Shown piece by piece: positions 17,794 through 26,611 of a stretch of DNA of 34,585 nt. The position numbers and the translations under genes are program-made. The stretch comes from an uncultured Marinobacter sp. (GTDB lineage Bacteria; Pseudomonadota; Gammaproteobacteria; Pseudomonadales; Oleiphilaceae), in assembly GCA_964521055.1 (NCBI GenBank), contig CAZFPG010000001.1:1-34585 (forward strand). The letters are read 5' to 3'. The notes under the pieces were generated by a model, which saw only the letters and a list, made by a program, of their open reading frames with translations, was not told where the DNA came from and made no database searches. Within the stretch, counting starts at the first letter, position 1; each line of letters opens with the position of its first letter.

Positions 17794-18651
17794 TCAAATC
17801 GGGAAAATGGCGTTCAGCTGGCCGGTGCCCGAGCTACCGAAAGGTTCGGTCAGCACCTCAACCTTTCCACGGTATTCGCGCCCGCCCAGCAGGCCCAGCA
17901 ACATAGCCGTGTCGTGCATGCCGCCCTCGCCGAAGCAATGCTGGGCATAGTCAGGCAGCATGTCGCAGAACTCCTCGAAGCGGCCCTCTTTCCACAGCTC
18001 CACTATCCGGAGGTCCACCTGGCGGTCAAACTCCCGGGTCCACTTGTGCAGGTTGTCCTGGGCTTTCCGGTCGTCCGAGAAACGATGCGACAGGGAACCG
18101 GACGCCAGCACAAGCACCTTCCTGTCGCTGCGCTCGATAGCACGGCGCACCGCCGCTCCGAAGGTGAAGCTGTCCTCCAGTCTGTGCCAGGCACACCAGG
18201 CGGCCACTGACACAACCTTGAAATGATCTTCCTTCGGCATGTCCATGTTCATATAGCGCATGGGCACCAGGGAGCCGTACTCCAGCTCCAGGCTCGGGAT
18301 GTCATGGGCCAGCGTGCGAACATCAGCCCCGTTGGCCTCCTCCGCGATCAGTTTTCCCAGCTCGGTATCGCCCTGATACTCATACTCCATGTCGCGAATA
18401 AAGTGGGGCAGCTCGTTGCTGGTATACACACCACTGAAGTGATCACGGCAGTTCAGGTGGTAGCCGCTGTTGACGAGCCAGTGCACGTCGAAGATAACAG
18501 CCGTATCCGCCCCTGCGTCCCGGGCCCTTCGTGCGATCTCCTTGTGCCCGGCTATCGCCTTCTCACGGCAACCATGATGCGGCCCCGGCATTTCGGAAAG
18601 ATACATTGACGGAACGTGACAAACCTTTGCTGCCAGCGCGATTTCACCCAT
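17794..18651 (-). CDS. hpaD: 3,4-dihydroxyphenylacetate (homoprotocatechuate) 2,3-dioxygenase (HpcB)
   Basis: LigB-type extradiol dioxygenase: HVPSMYLSE, FDVHWLVNSGYH, SGSLSHRF, GMHDTAML. Confidence 0.96.
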   Translation of the reverse strand: MGEIALAAKVCHVPSMYLSEMPGPHHGCREKAIAGHKEIARRARDAGADTAVIFDVHWLVNSGYHLNCRDHFSGVYTSNELPHFIRDMEYEYQGDTELGKLIAEEANGADVRTLAHDIPSLELEYGSLVPMRYMNMDMPKEDHFKVVSVAAWCAWHRLEDSFTFGAAVRRAIERSDRKVLVLASGSLSHRFSDDRKAQDNLHKWTREFDRQVDLRIVELWKEGRFEEFCDMLPDYAQHCFGEGGMHDTAMLLGLLGGREYRGKVEVLTEPFGSSGTGQLNAIFPI

Positions 18652-18696
18652 AACACATCTCCTTGAGACCCTGTCAGGCCCATCATTATTGTCGAG

Positions 18697-20157
18697 TCAG
18701 ACGCCCCAGCGCGGGATGTGATGACTGCCCATCGAGATACAGACGTTCTTCACCTCGGTAAAGACTTCAAAGCTGTACTCACCGCCTTCACGGCCGGTGC
18801 CCGACCCCTTGATGCCACCGAAGGGCTGGCGCAGGTCACGAACGTTCTGGCTGTTGATAAAGACCATGCCGGCTTCAATACCCCGGGCCAGCCGATGTGC
18901 CTTACCAATATCCTGTGTCCAGATGTAGGACGCCAGTCCATACTGGGTATCATTGGCAAGTTTCAGCGCCTCGGCCTCGTCCTTGAACTTTATCAGGCAG
19001 ACCACGGGGCCGAAGATTTCCTCCTGGGCAATGCGCATCCGGTTATCAACGTCCGCAAACACGGTCGGCTGAATGAACTGGCCCTTGCTGACGCTGTCCG
19101 GCAGGCCTTTGGGTCGCTCAAGGCCGCCAGCCATCAGTTTGGCACCCTCTTCCAGGCCCAGCTTGATGTAACCGGTCACCTTGTCGTAGTGCGCCTGGGT
19201 GATCATGGACCCCACCTGTGTGTTCGGGTCCTGGGGGTCCCCAACAATCAGGCGCTTGGCACGGGCCGCAAACTCCTCGACAAATTTGTCGTAGGCGCCT
19301 TCCTGGATGAAGATCCGGCTACCGGCGGTGCAACGCTCACCGTTCAGGGAAAAGATCGTGAACAGGGCCGCGTCCAAGGCGCGATCCAGGTCCGCATCGT
19401 CGAAGACCAGCACCGGAGATTTGCCGCCGAGTTCCATGGAATACTTCTTCAGGCCGGCATTGGACATAATCTTCTGGCCGGTTGCCGTGCCACCGGTAAA
19501 CGAGATGGCGCGAACATCAGGGTGTTTCACCAGCGCGTCACCAGCGGTGTGGCCATAGCCCTGGACCACGTTGAGAACGCCCTTGGGAATTCCTGCTTCC
19601 AGTGCCAGGCGACCGAGCTCGTTCGCGGTCAACGGCGACAACTCCGACATTTTCAGCACCGCCGTGTTACCCAGCGCAAGGCAGGGGGCGGTTTTCCAGG
19701 TCGCGGTCATGAACGGCACGTTCCAGGGCGACACCAACCCACAAACACCGACAGGCTGGTGCAGTGTGTAGTTGAGCATCTGGTCATCAACCGGGTAGGT
19801 GTGGCCGTCCATGCGGGTACACACTTCCGCGAAGAAGTTGAAATTGTGGGAGGCGCGGGGAATCAGCACATTCCTGGTCTGGTGGATGGGCAGCCCGGTA
19901 TCCAGTGTTTCCAGTTCCGCCAGTTGCGGTACGTTTTCGTCGATCAGCTCGCCAAGACGCCGCATCAGGCGCGCACGTTCCTTCGCCGGCGTATTGGCCC
20001 ACTTGGGGAACGCCTCTTTCGCAGCCGCAACCGCCTGGTTGATCTCGTCCTGGCCGCCGCTGGCAACCTTGCAAATGACCTCACCCGTTGCCGGGTTGAC
20101 GTTCTCAAACGTCTCTTTACCGGCGACCTGCTCGCCGTTGATCCAATGCTTGATCAT
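18697..20157 (-). CDS. hpaE: 5-carboxymethyl-2-hydroxymuconate semialdehyde dehydrogenase (HpcC)
   Basis: Start moved to MIKHWING (GAGGTG RBS), giving 486 aa. Motifs SPWNVPFMTATWK, NGERCTAGSR, and C-terminal HHIPRWGV. Confidence 0.96.
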   Translation of the reverse strand: MIKHWINGEQVAGKETFENVNPATGEVICKVASGGQDEINQAVAAAKEAFPKWANTPAKERARLMRRLGELIDENVPQLAELETLDTGLPIHQTRNVLIPRASHNFNFFAEVCTRMDGHTYPVDDQMLNYTLHQPVGVCGLVSPWNVPFMTATWKTAPCLALGNTAVLKMSELSPLTANELGRLALEAGIPKGVLNVVQGYGHTAGDALVKHPDVRAISFTGGTATGQKIMSNAGLKKYSMELGGKSPVLVFDDADLDRALDAALFTIFSLNGERCTAGSRIFIQEGAYDKFVEEFAARAKRLIVGDPQDPNTQVGSMITQAHYDKVTGYIKLGLEEGAKLMAGGLERPKGLPDSVSKGQFIQPTVFADVDNRMRIAQEEIFGPVVCLIKFKDEAEALKLANDTQYGLASYIWTQDIGKAHRLARGIEAGMVFINSQNVRDLRQPFGGIKGSGTGREGGEYSFEVFTEVKNVCISMGSHHIPRWGV

Positions 20158-20170
20158 AGTCTTCACCTCT

Positions 20171-20935
20171 CTAGGCGTGATTCGCAAAAAATTCGGATTC
20201 CGTCACAATCGTATTCGTCAGGCGGCCAACGCCCTCGACCTCTACCGTTACCTCATCCCCGGGCTTCACATCGGCAAGCCCCTTGGGGGTCCCCGTCGCG
20301 ATCATGTCGCCGGGCTGGAGGGTCATGAAGCTCGAGAGATATTCAACAAGGAACGGAATATCGAAGATCATGTCCGCGGTCGTGCCTTCCTGCTTCAGCT
20401 CGCCGTTAATCCATGTCCGGATGCGCAGGTTATTGGGGTCGGAAATGGTGTCTGCATCCACGATCCAGGGCCCCACCGGGGTGGTGGCATCCCGGTTCTT
20501 GACGCGCAGATTGGGGCGGTAGTAGTTCTCCAGGTAATCGCGGATCGCATAGTCGTTGCAGACGGTATAGCCGCACAGGTAATCCAGTGCATCCTCGCGC
20601 CTGACGTTCCTGGCTTCCTTTCCGATAACCGCAACCAGCTCGCACTCGTAGTGCATGTAGTCGACGTTATCCGGGCGCCAGGTGACCTTGCGGTGGCCGG
20701 TATAGGTGTTTGCCGCCTTGATAAACACCAGCGGCTCCTCCGGCGCCTTGAAATCGAGTTCGGCGGCGTGGTCGGCGTAGTTGAGCCCCAGTGCGAACAT
20801 ATTGCCCTCTGCGGGGGGCAGCCACTCGACATCCTCGGGGGTCACGCGGCTCTCATCGGGCAGGATGACATCGCCTTTATGGTCGACCAGGACGTCCAGC
20901 ACCTGGTCATTGAACTTGATGCGTGCTCGCTTCAT
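20171..20935 (-). CDS. hpaG2: HpaG isomerase/decarboxylase, C-terminal subunit (FAH family)
   Basis: ALGLNYADH, MHYECEL, NDYAIRDYLENYYRPNLRVK. Confidence 0.92.
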   Translation of the reverse strand: MKRARIKFNDQVLDVLVDHKGDVILPDESRVTPEDVEWLPPAEGNMFALGLNYADHAAELDFKAPEEPLVFIKAANTYTGHRKVTWRPDNVDYMHYECELVAVIGKEARNVRREDALDYLCGYTVCNDYAIRDYLENYYRPNLRVKNRDATTPVGPWIVDADTISDPNNLRIRTWINGELKQEGTTADMIFDIPFLVEYLSSFMTLQPGDMIATGTPKGLADVKPGDEVTVEVEGVGRLTNTIVTESEFFANHA

Positions 20936-20949
20936 GACATGACTCCTTG

Positions 20950-21609
20950 TTATTCCGCCACGATGGTATTGGTCAGGGAGCCAAGCCCCGATACTTCAAC
21001 CACCACCTGGTCTCCGGGTTTGACATCAACCCGCCCGCCAGGGGTGCCTGTTATCAGCACGTCGCCTTCGTTCAGGGTCATGAACTCGGTAATATCCACC
21101 AGAAGTTCCGGAATGCTCCGAACCCAATCCGCCGTGTTGCCTTCCTGGCGAAGCTCTTCGTTCACAAACAGCTTCACAACCAACTGATCGGGGTCCGTGA
21201 TTCCGGCAAGCTCAACCAGTTCCGGGCCCATGGGGCAAAACCCGTCGCGGCACTTCGCCTTGACCGCCGGCCGGTAATAGCTGTCTTCGGGGAGACTGAA
21301 TTCATTGACGATGGTCAGCCCGGCCACGTATGACAACGCGTCGTCCTTCCTGACGCGGCTCGCTTTCCTGCCGATGACAACGCCAACCGCCGGCCCCGGC
21401 TGCAGCCGGTCGCAGGATGCGGGAAAGGTCACAGTGCCCTGGTGCCGGTTGCGGGTATTGGGTGTCTTGATAAACAGAACCGGCTTGGTCGGGGGCGCTT
21501 TGTAGGGCGCCTCCCGGAACTCGGCCAGCTTGCTGTCAAGCAGGCTGTGGTAGTTCAGGGCAACCCCGAAGATGGTGCCGGTCGCCGCCTCGTCGATTGG
21601 GCGTGTCAT
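20950..21609 (-). CDS. hpaG1: HpaG isomerase/decarboxylase, N-terminal subunit (FAH family)
   Basis: GTIFGVALN, PYKAPPTKPVLFIKTPNT, SYYRPAVKAKCRDGFCP. Confidence 0.92.
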   Translation of the reverse strand: MTRPIDEAATGTIFGVALNYHSLLDSKLAEFREAPYKAPPTKPVLFIKTPNTRNRHQGTVTFPASCDRLQPGPAVGVVIGRKASRVRKDDALSYVAGLTIVNEFSLPEDSYYRPAVKAKCRDGFCPMGPELVELAGITDPDQLVVKLFVNEELRQEGNTADWVRSIPELLVDITEFMTLNEGDVLITGTPGGRVDVKPGDQVVVEVSGLGSLTNTIVAE

Positions 21610-21655
21610 TGCTCTCTCCTCACAATTGATGCGCGTTGGCTGCGAATCTCATTTT

Positions 21656-21669
21656 GTTAACATATTAAC
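21656..21669. promoter_or_regulatory. HpaR-type operator upstream of hpaG1
   Basis: GTTAACATATTAAC, a TTAA-N4-TTAA palindrome. This is the core I recall for the E. coli HpaR operator at the hpaG promoter. Confidence 0.75.
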
Positions 21670-21753
21670 GATATGCCGATAACAATAAGCAATTTTGGCG
21701 TCGCGCTCAACCCATTATCCTGATTCGATCATGCAATCCTGCGTGGGAAACCT

Positions 21754-21785
21754 GCCGGACAGGGGTGCAAACACCCCTGTCCGGC
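21754..21785. terminator. Perfect 14-bp hairpin immediately after feaB
   Basis: GCCGGACAGGGGTG-CAAA-CACCCCTGTCCGGC, 5 bp from the feaB stop, with only a weak U-tract. Confidence 0.55.
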
Positions 21786-21790
21786 CCCGA

Positions 21791-23290
21791 TCAATAGGTA
21801 ATGCACACAGACTTCAGTTCAGTGAATCCTTCGATGGCACTCCTGCCGAACTCCCGTCCCATTCCGGACTGTTTAAAGCCCCCAAACGGAAGGTTCGGAT
21901 CCACCGGCACATGGTTGTTCACCCAGACGGTGCCCGCTTCGATCTCGGGAATCAGCTTCATTACCCGGGTCAGGTCATTGCTCCAGATACTGGCGGTCAA
22001 TCCATACCGACTGTCGTTCACCTTCATCAGTGCGTCTTCCACTGTATCGAAGGGCACAACGGACAATACCGGCCCAAAGATCTCCTCCTGAACGCAGCTC
22101 ATGCTCTGGTCAACGTCCGACAAGACGGTGGGATTAACGAAGTAGCCCGGCAGCGTGCTCTTCTCGCCACCAGCCGCAAACACAGCCCCTTCCCGCCTGG
22201 CAGCCTGAAGGTAGCCCTCCACACTGGCCAACTGCTTTTTGGAGACCAGGGCGGTGATTTCAGAGGAAGGATCCATCCCGGCACCAACCTTCATTTGCTT
22301 GACCGCGCTGGCCAGAGCTTCCACGAATTTCCTGTACTGGCTCTTGTGGACGTAGATCCGCGAAGCGGCGGCGCACACCTGCCCCTGGTTCAGCAGGCCA
22401 CCACCAATCGCCCCTCCGACAGCCTGCTCGATGTCCGCATCCTCCAGGATCAACATCGGGTTCTTGCCACCGAGCTCCAGGGTAAAGCGGGTCATGTTTT
22501 CAATGGCGGCAACACCAACCTGCTTGCCCACCGCAGTGGAACCGGTGAAGGACACCTTGTTGACCAGCGGGTGGGAAACCAGCGCCGCACCTGCTTCCGC
22601 GCCACTGCCCACAACCACGTTGAATATACCGTCGGGTATGCCGGCCTCACGCGCCAACTCCGCCAGACGAAGCGCGGTCAGCGGGGTTTCATCCGCCGGC
22701 TTGATGACAATGGAGCAACCGCAGGCCAGCGCCGGCATGACCTTCCACAGGGCAATCATCATCGGGAAATTCCAGGGCACGATACCGGCGACAACACCGG
22801 CAGGCTCCCTGCGGGTATAGGCATTGAAAGAAGCCCCCTGTGGCACGGGAATGGACACATCCAGGGTCTGCCCCTCGATCTTGGTTGCCCAGCCGGCCAT
22901 ATAACGCATGTAATTGACGGAAGCGCCAACATCAATGCCACGGGCCACATTGATGGATTTACCCTGGTTAAGGGTTTCCAGTTGGGCCAGTTCCTCACCA
23001 TATTCCTCTACCAAGGTGGCGAATTTCAGCAGGGTGAGCTCACGCACATTGGGTGCGAGCTTGCTCCAGACACCGGACTTGAACGCCTTGTAAGCGGAGT
23101 TGACGGCACGGTCCACATCTCCCGCACCGGCGGGCTGATACGAAGACAGGGTGTCACCCGAAGCGGGATTGAAAACGGGCATTGCCCCGGAAGCGCTGGA
23201 CGGCACGGGCTGGCCATCAATAAAGGAACAGTGGGTCCGGTCCACAAACTCCGCCACCTGGGAAAGAATGGCTGTATCTGCTGTTGTCAT
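21791..23290 (-). CDS. feaB: (Hydroxy)phenylacetaldehyde dehydrogenase
   Basis: ALDH with FeaB/PeaE/StyD-type segments: LETLNQGKSI, MRYMAGWATKIEGQTLDVSIP, TLELGGKNP, NQGQVCAAASR, FTELKSVCI. Confidence 0.85.
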   Translation of the reverse strand: MTTADTAILSQVAEFVDRTHCSFIDGQPVPSSASGAMPVFNPASGDTLSSYQPAGAGDVDRAVNSAYKAFKSGVWSKLAPNVRELTLLKFATLVEEYGEELAQLETLNQGKSINVARGIDVGASVNYMRYMAGWATKIEGQTLDVSIPVPQGASFNAYTRREPAGVVAGIVPWNFPMMIALWKVMPALACGCSIVIKPADETPLTALRLAELAREAGIPDGIFNVVVGSGAEAGAALVSHPLVNKVSFTGSTAVGKQVGVAAIENMTRFTLELGGKNPMLILEDADIEQAVGGAIGGGLLNQGQVCAAASRIYVHKSQYRKFVEALASAVKQMKVGAGMDPSSEITALVSKKQLASVEGYLQAARREGAVFAAGGEKSTLPGYFVNPTVLSDVDQSMSCVQEEIFGPVLSVVPFDTVEDALMKVNDSRYGLTASIWSNDLTRVMKLIPEIEAGTVWVNNHVPVDPNLPFGGFKQSGMGREFGRSAIEGFTELKSVCITY

Positions 23291-23369
23291 TGGTTTGGGC
23301 TCCCATATTTGTTAAGCGTGCACCGTTCAGGCCTGCAAACGAACGGCACCCGAATTCTTTACCTGTACA

Positions 23370-23432
23370 ATTCTAGAGGCTCGATACCTGCCACGCTTGT
23401 CTGAACGTGCATCAACATGGACCAGAGTGACA
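23370..23432 (-). promoter_or_regulatory. Putative FeaR-activated feaB promoter (tandem sites plus -10)
   Basis: Minus strand: TGTCA-N8-CATG (23432-23416), ATGCA-N8-CAAG (23412-23396), then TAGAAT (23375-23370) 20 nt later. Confidence 0.55.
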
Positions 23433-23532
23433 TTCCTCCGGCTCGTCTGACTCGTACTGATTCCGAATATGCCAAACTGGGTTAGAATCCTGGCTTGACC
23501 GAAACCCAACGATGAGAGGATTTTTCAGATCC

Positions 23533-23955
23533 ATGTCGAAAACTCGCCCCTCCCTGACCCTGACCCTGCTGCAGGCAAGAGAAGCAGCCATGGCTTTCTT
23601 CCGGCCCTCACTCAACAAGCATGGTTTTACCGAGCAGCAGTGGCGAGTCATCCGCATCCTGAACCAGCACCAGGAGGTTGAGGTCTACAGGCTTGCCGAA
23701 CTGGCCTGCATTCTCAAACCGAGCATGACCGGCGTACTCAACCGCATGATTCGGGACGGCTATGTCGTCAAACGGAAATGTGATGAGGACCAGCGGCGCG
23801 TCCACGTGAAGCTGACGGAAAAAGGCGAGGAAGCCTTTGCCGCAATGAAGGAAGACATGGAACGAAACTACCAGAAGATCCAGGACCAGTTCGGCGATAA
23901 GAAAATGCAGGAACTGCTTAAACTCCTGAACGAGCTCAAGAGGATAAGCCCCTGA
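23533..23955 (+). CDS. hpaR: Homoprotocatechuate operon repressor (MarR family)
   Basis: SLTLTLLQAREAAMAFFRPSLNKHGFTEQQWRVIRIL...ACILKPSMTGVL. The start could also be 23512. Confidence 0.94.
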   Translation: MSKTRPSLTLTLLQAREAAMAFFRPSLNKHGFTEQQWRVIRILNQHQEVEVYRLAELACILKPSMTGVLNRMIRDGYVVKRKCDEDQRRVHVKLTEKGEEAFAAMKEDMERNYQKIQDQFGDKKMQELLKLLNELKRISP

Positions 23956-23983
23956 GCCGTCGATAGCAGCCGCAGGTAACGAC

Positions 23984-24919
23984 ATGGCGGATACCCATAC
24001 CATACCGAACATCAATATTGGCCAGGTTTACGACCAGCGCTACCTTGATGCGGATATCCACTACGAATCACTGGGCAAGCTCGCCAACTTTTTTGGCCGC
24101 AACATGCCAGTCCACCGCCATGACCGCTTCTTCCAGGTGCACTATGTGCTCAGCGGCATGGTCCGGGTATTTCTCGACGAGAAGCGGTATGAAGCCCGTG
24201 CCCCGATGTTTTTCCTGACACCACCCACGGTGCCGCACGCCTTCATTACCGACAGCAGGAGTGACGGCCACGTGCTCACCGTCAGGCAGCAGCTGATCTG
24301 GCCACTGCTGGAAGCGCCTCACGGCCTTGGCTCGGGCCCCTTCATCAGCCCGGCCTGCGTCGCCCTGAAGGAGCAGCCCGGCCCGGGCATCATCACCGCC
24401 GGCGAAGTCAGCAACCTGTTCAACGCCGTGCGGGAGGAGTTCGTTTCCAACCGGCCCGGAAAAAACCTCGCACTGGAGAACCTGATCCGGCTGATCTTTA
24501 TCAACCTGTTCAGGCTCTCGAACTCGAACCGAGAGCAGGGCTTTACCACCCGCAGCGAGGACATGCTGTTCTTCCAGCGCTTCAACGAAAAAATCGAAAC
24601 CCATTTCAGGGAACACTGGCCACTGTCGACCTATGCCGACTGCCTTGGCGTCACGGAGGCACGGCTCAACGATATTTGCCGGCGGATTGCCGATTTGCCG
24701 TCAAAGAAAATCGTTCATGAGCGTTTGATGCAGGAAAGCAAACGACTGCTCCTGTTCACAAACCAGTCCATCAACGAGATCTGTTTTGAGCTGGGCTTCA
24801 AGGACCCGGCCTATTTCAGCCGATTTTTCTCAAGGAATGCGGGCATCAGCCCGGGCCACTATCGCAACAGAAGCGGCAAGAGAGAAAAGAGCCAGACCCT
24901 TAGCTGCCCCCCCTCCTGA
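23984..24919 (+). CDS. hpaA: 4-hydroxyphenylacetate catabolism activator (AraC family)
   Basis: IPNINIGQVYDQRY, FFGRNMPVHRHDRFFQVHY, and C-terminal GFKDPAYFSRFF. Confidence 0.93.
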   Translation: MADTHTIPNINIGQVYDQRYLDADIHYESLGKLANFFGRNMPVHRHDRFFQVHYVLSGMVRVFLDEKRYEARAPMFFLTPPTVPHAFITDSRSDGHVLTVRQQLIWPLLEAPHGLGSGPFISPACVALKEQPGPGIITAGEVSNLFNAVREEFVSNRPGKNLALENLIRLIFINLFRLSNSNREQGFTTRSEDMLFFQRFNEKIETHFREHWPLSTYADCLGVTEARLNDICRRIADLPSKKIVHERLMQESKRLLLFTNQSINEICFELGFKDPAYFSRFFSRNAGISPGHYRNRSGKREKSQTLSCPPS

Positions 24920-24965
24920 AACACACCAATTTTCAGCACACCTCAATCGCTCAACACAAATACGT

Positions 24966-24998
24966 TTGACAGCTGCATTATTTTATTAATATGTTAAC
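24966..24998 (+). promoter_or_regulatory. Sigma70-type TRAP promoter overlapped by an HpaR-type operator
   Basis: TTGACA at 24966-24971. TTAATATGTTAA at 24986-24997 is the exact reverse complement of the hpaG1 operator core and covers the -10 region. Confidence 0.7.
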
Positions 24999-25057
24999 GA
25001 TATGCCAGGTGTCTAACGGCATAACCAAGGCAAACAAAAACAAACAGGAGTCGAACG

Positions 25058-26074
25058 ATGCTTTCACGGTTCTCAATTGCCCTCTGTTTCGCGCTCACAC
25101 TGCCGTCACTGGCGAGCGCGGACGCCTATACGCTTCGGGTAAGCCACTTCCTGCCCGCCAGCTCCAATGCGCACGCCAATGTCATTGAACCCTGGTGTGA
25201 AACGCTGAAATCCCAATCAGATGGTCGCCTGCAGTGCCAGATCTATCCGTCCATGCAACTGGGTGGAAGCCCCGCTGATCTCGCAGACATGGCCCGTAAC
25301 GGGGTCACGGATATTGTCTGGACAGCGCCGGGCTATTCGCCCGGAAAGTTCCCACGAACCGAAGCACTGGAACTGCCTTTCCTTTTGCCCTACGGAGGTG
25401 TGCGAGGGAACGATATTATCTGGGAGTTCTACCAACAGCATGCTCACGAGGATTACAGCCGCTTCAAGGTACTCGCCCTGTTCGGCGACGGTGGCATGGA
25501 TATCCACACCCGGGATACCCCCATCAACTCCCTGGCCGACCTGGAGGGGCTCAAACTTCGGGCGTCGGGCCGAACCATTGCCAACACCCTGGACGTCCTT
25601 GGCGCAACGCCGGTAAGCATGCCGCCTGCCCAGATGACCGAATCCATTGCCAAGGGCGTGGTTGATGGTGCCGTTGCAACCTGGGAGGTAGTGCCACCCA
25701 CCAAACTCAACGAGGTCACCAGCTATCACACACAGCTTGGAGAGGAACGCGCGGCTTTTGGCTATACCGTTCTCGCCATGTTGATGAGCAAAAGGACCTA
25801 CGATCGCCTGCCTGAGGATCTCAGGGGCATCATCGACGAAAACAGCGGCGCCCCCCTGGTTCGCGCCTTCGGCGAAGCCTGGGATAAGGAAATGGTGCGC
25901 GCGCGCTCACTGGTCGACGACAACAGTGTCACCGAGCTGACAGACGCTCAATACAACGAAATGAGAGAGCGGGTTCGGGAGCTTCCGCAGCAATGGGCGG
26001 AACGTGCCTCGGAGAATGGCCTCGACGGTGAAGCGTTGGTAGAGGCCGTCAGGAACCTCTCCAGCGTGAACTGA
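25058..26074 (+). CDS. dctP: TRAP transporter substrate-binding protein
   Basis: Signal peptide, LRVSHFLP, IYPSMQLGG, DLEGLKLRA, LGATPVSMP. CAGGAG RBS. Confidence 0.92.
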   Translation: MLSRFSIALCFALTLPSLASADAYTLRVSHFLPASSNAHANVIEPWCETLKSQSDGRLQCQIYPSMQLGGSPADLADMARNGVTDIVWTAPGYSPGKFPRTEALELPFLLPYGGVRGNDIIWEFYQQHAHEDYSRFKVLALFGDGGMDIHTRDTPINSLADLEGLKLRASGRTIANTLDVLGATPVSMPPAQMTESIAKGVVDGAVATWEVVPPTKLNEVTSYHTQLGEERAAFGYTVLAMLMSKRTYDRLPEDLRGIIDENSGAPLVRAFGEAWDKEMVRARSLVDDNSVTELTDAQYNEMRERVRELPQQWAERASENGLDGEALVEAVRNLSSVN

Positions 26075-26125
26075 AGGCGCTCGGGTTCCGGTACCCGCCT
26101 GTTTCGGGTGCATTGGGGTGACACT

Positions 26126-26611
26126 ATGATTCAGGCTTTCCTGGATAGAACGGCGAGATTGTTCGCCTTGGCGGGAGGAAGCCTCCTCCTGCTGATTGTG
26201 GCCATGTCCATCGTATCGATTGTCGGAAGGAAGCTGTTTTCCGCACCAATCCCCGGTGACATGGAGCTACTGCAAGTGGGGGCAGCCGTTGCCATTGCCG
26301 CGTTCCTTCCCGTATGCGAACTGCAGGGCTATCACCTGAGGGCGGAGTCGTTCACCTCTGCGACGCCCCGCCTTGTCCGGCGGGTGCTGGACTCCATCGC
26401 CCATCTCCTGTGCTTTGCGGCCGCCATGATCATCGCCTGGCGTACAGGGTTGCAGGCCATGGACAACCTTGAGTATGGCGACCAGACCACACTGCTCGCC
26501 ATACCGCTATGGATTCCGCTGGCCCTGATCGTTCCCAGCCTGCTGTTGCTGGCACTGTGCTCGCTCAACCGCTTCTCTCGCATTGTCATGAACACAGGGG
26601 ATGACACATGA
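26126..26611 (+). CDS. dctQ: TRAP transporter small permease
   Basis: Four hydrophobic helices, SIVGRKLFSAPIPGDMEL, and IPLW. Start moved to ATG 26126. Confidence 0.88.
   Translation: MIQAFLDRTARLFALAGGSLLLLIVAMSIVSIVGRKLFSAPIPGDMELLQVGAAVAIAAFLPVCELQGYHLRAESFTSATPRLVRRVLDSIAHLLCFAAAMIIAWRTGLQAMDNLEYGDQTTLLAIPLWIPLALIVPSLLLLALCSLNRFSRIVMNTGDDT

Noticed and set aside
18718-21187. 536-aa and 462-aa plus-strand ORFs
   Set aside because: Antisense shadows of hpaE, hpaG2 and hpaG1, which carry unambiguous family motifs.
20171-21609. Split hpaG as a frameshift or pseudogene
   Set aside because: Both halves have their own RBS, start and stop. A two-gene HpaG1/HpaG2 arrangement is known from Pseudomonas-type clusters.
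21695-23404. 569-aa plus-strand ORF
   Set aside because: Antisense shadow of feaB with no recognisable motifs. Long antisense ORFs are common opposite GC3-biased genes.
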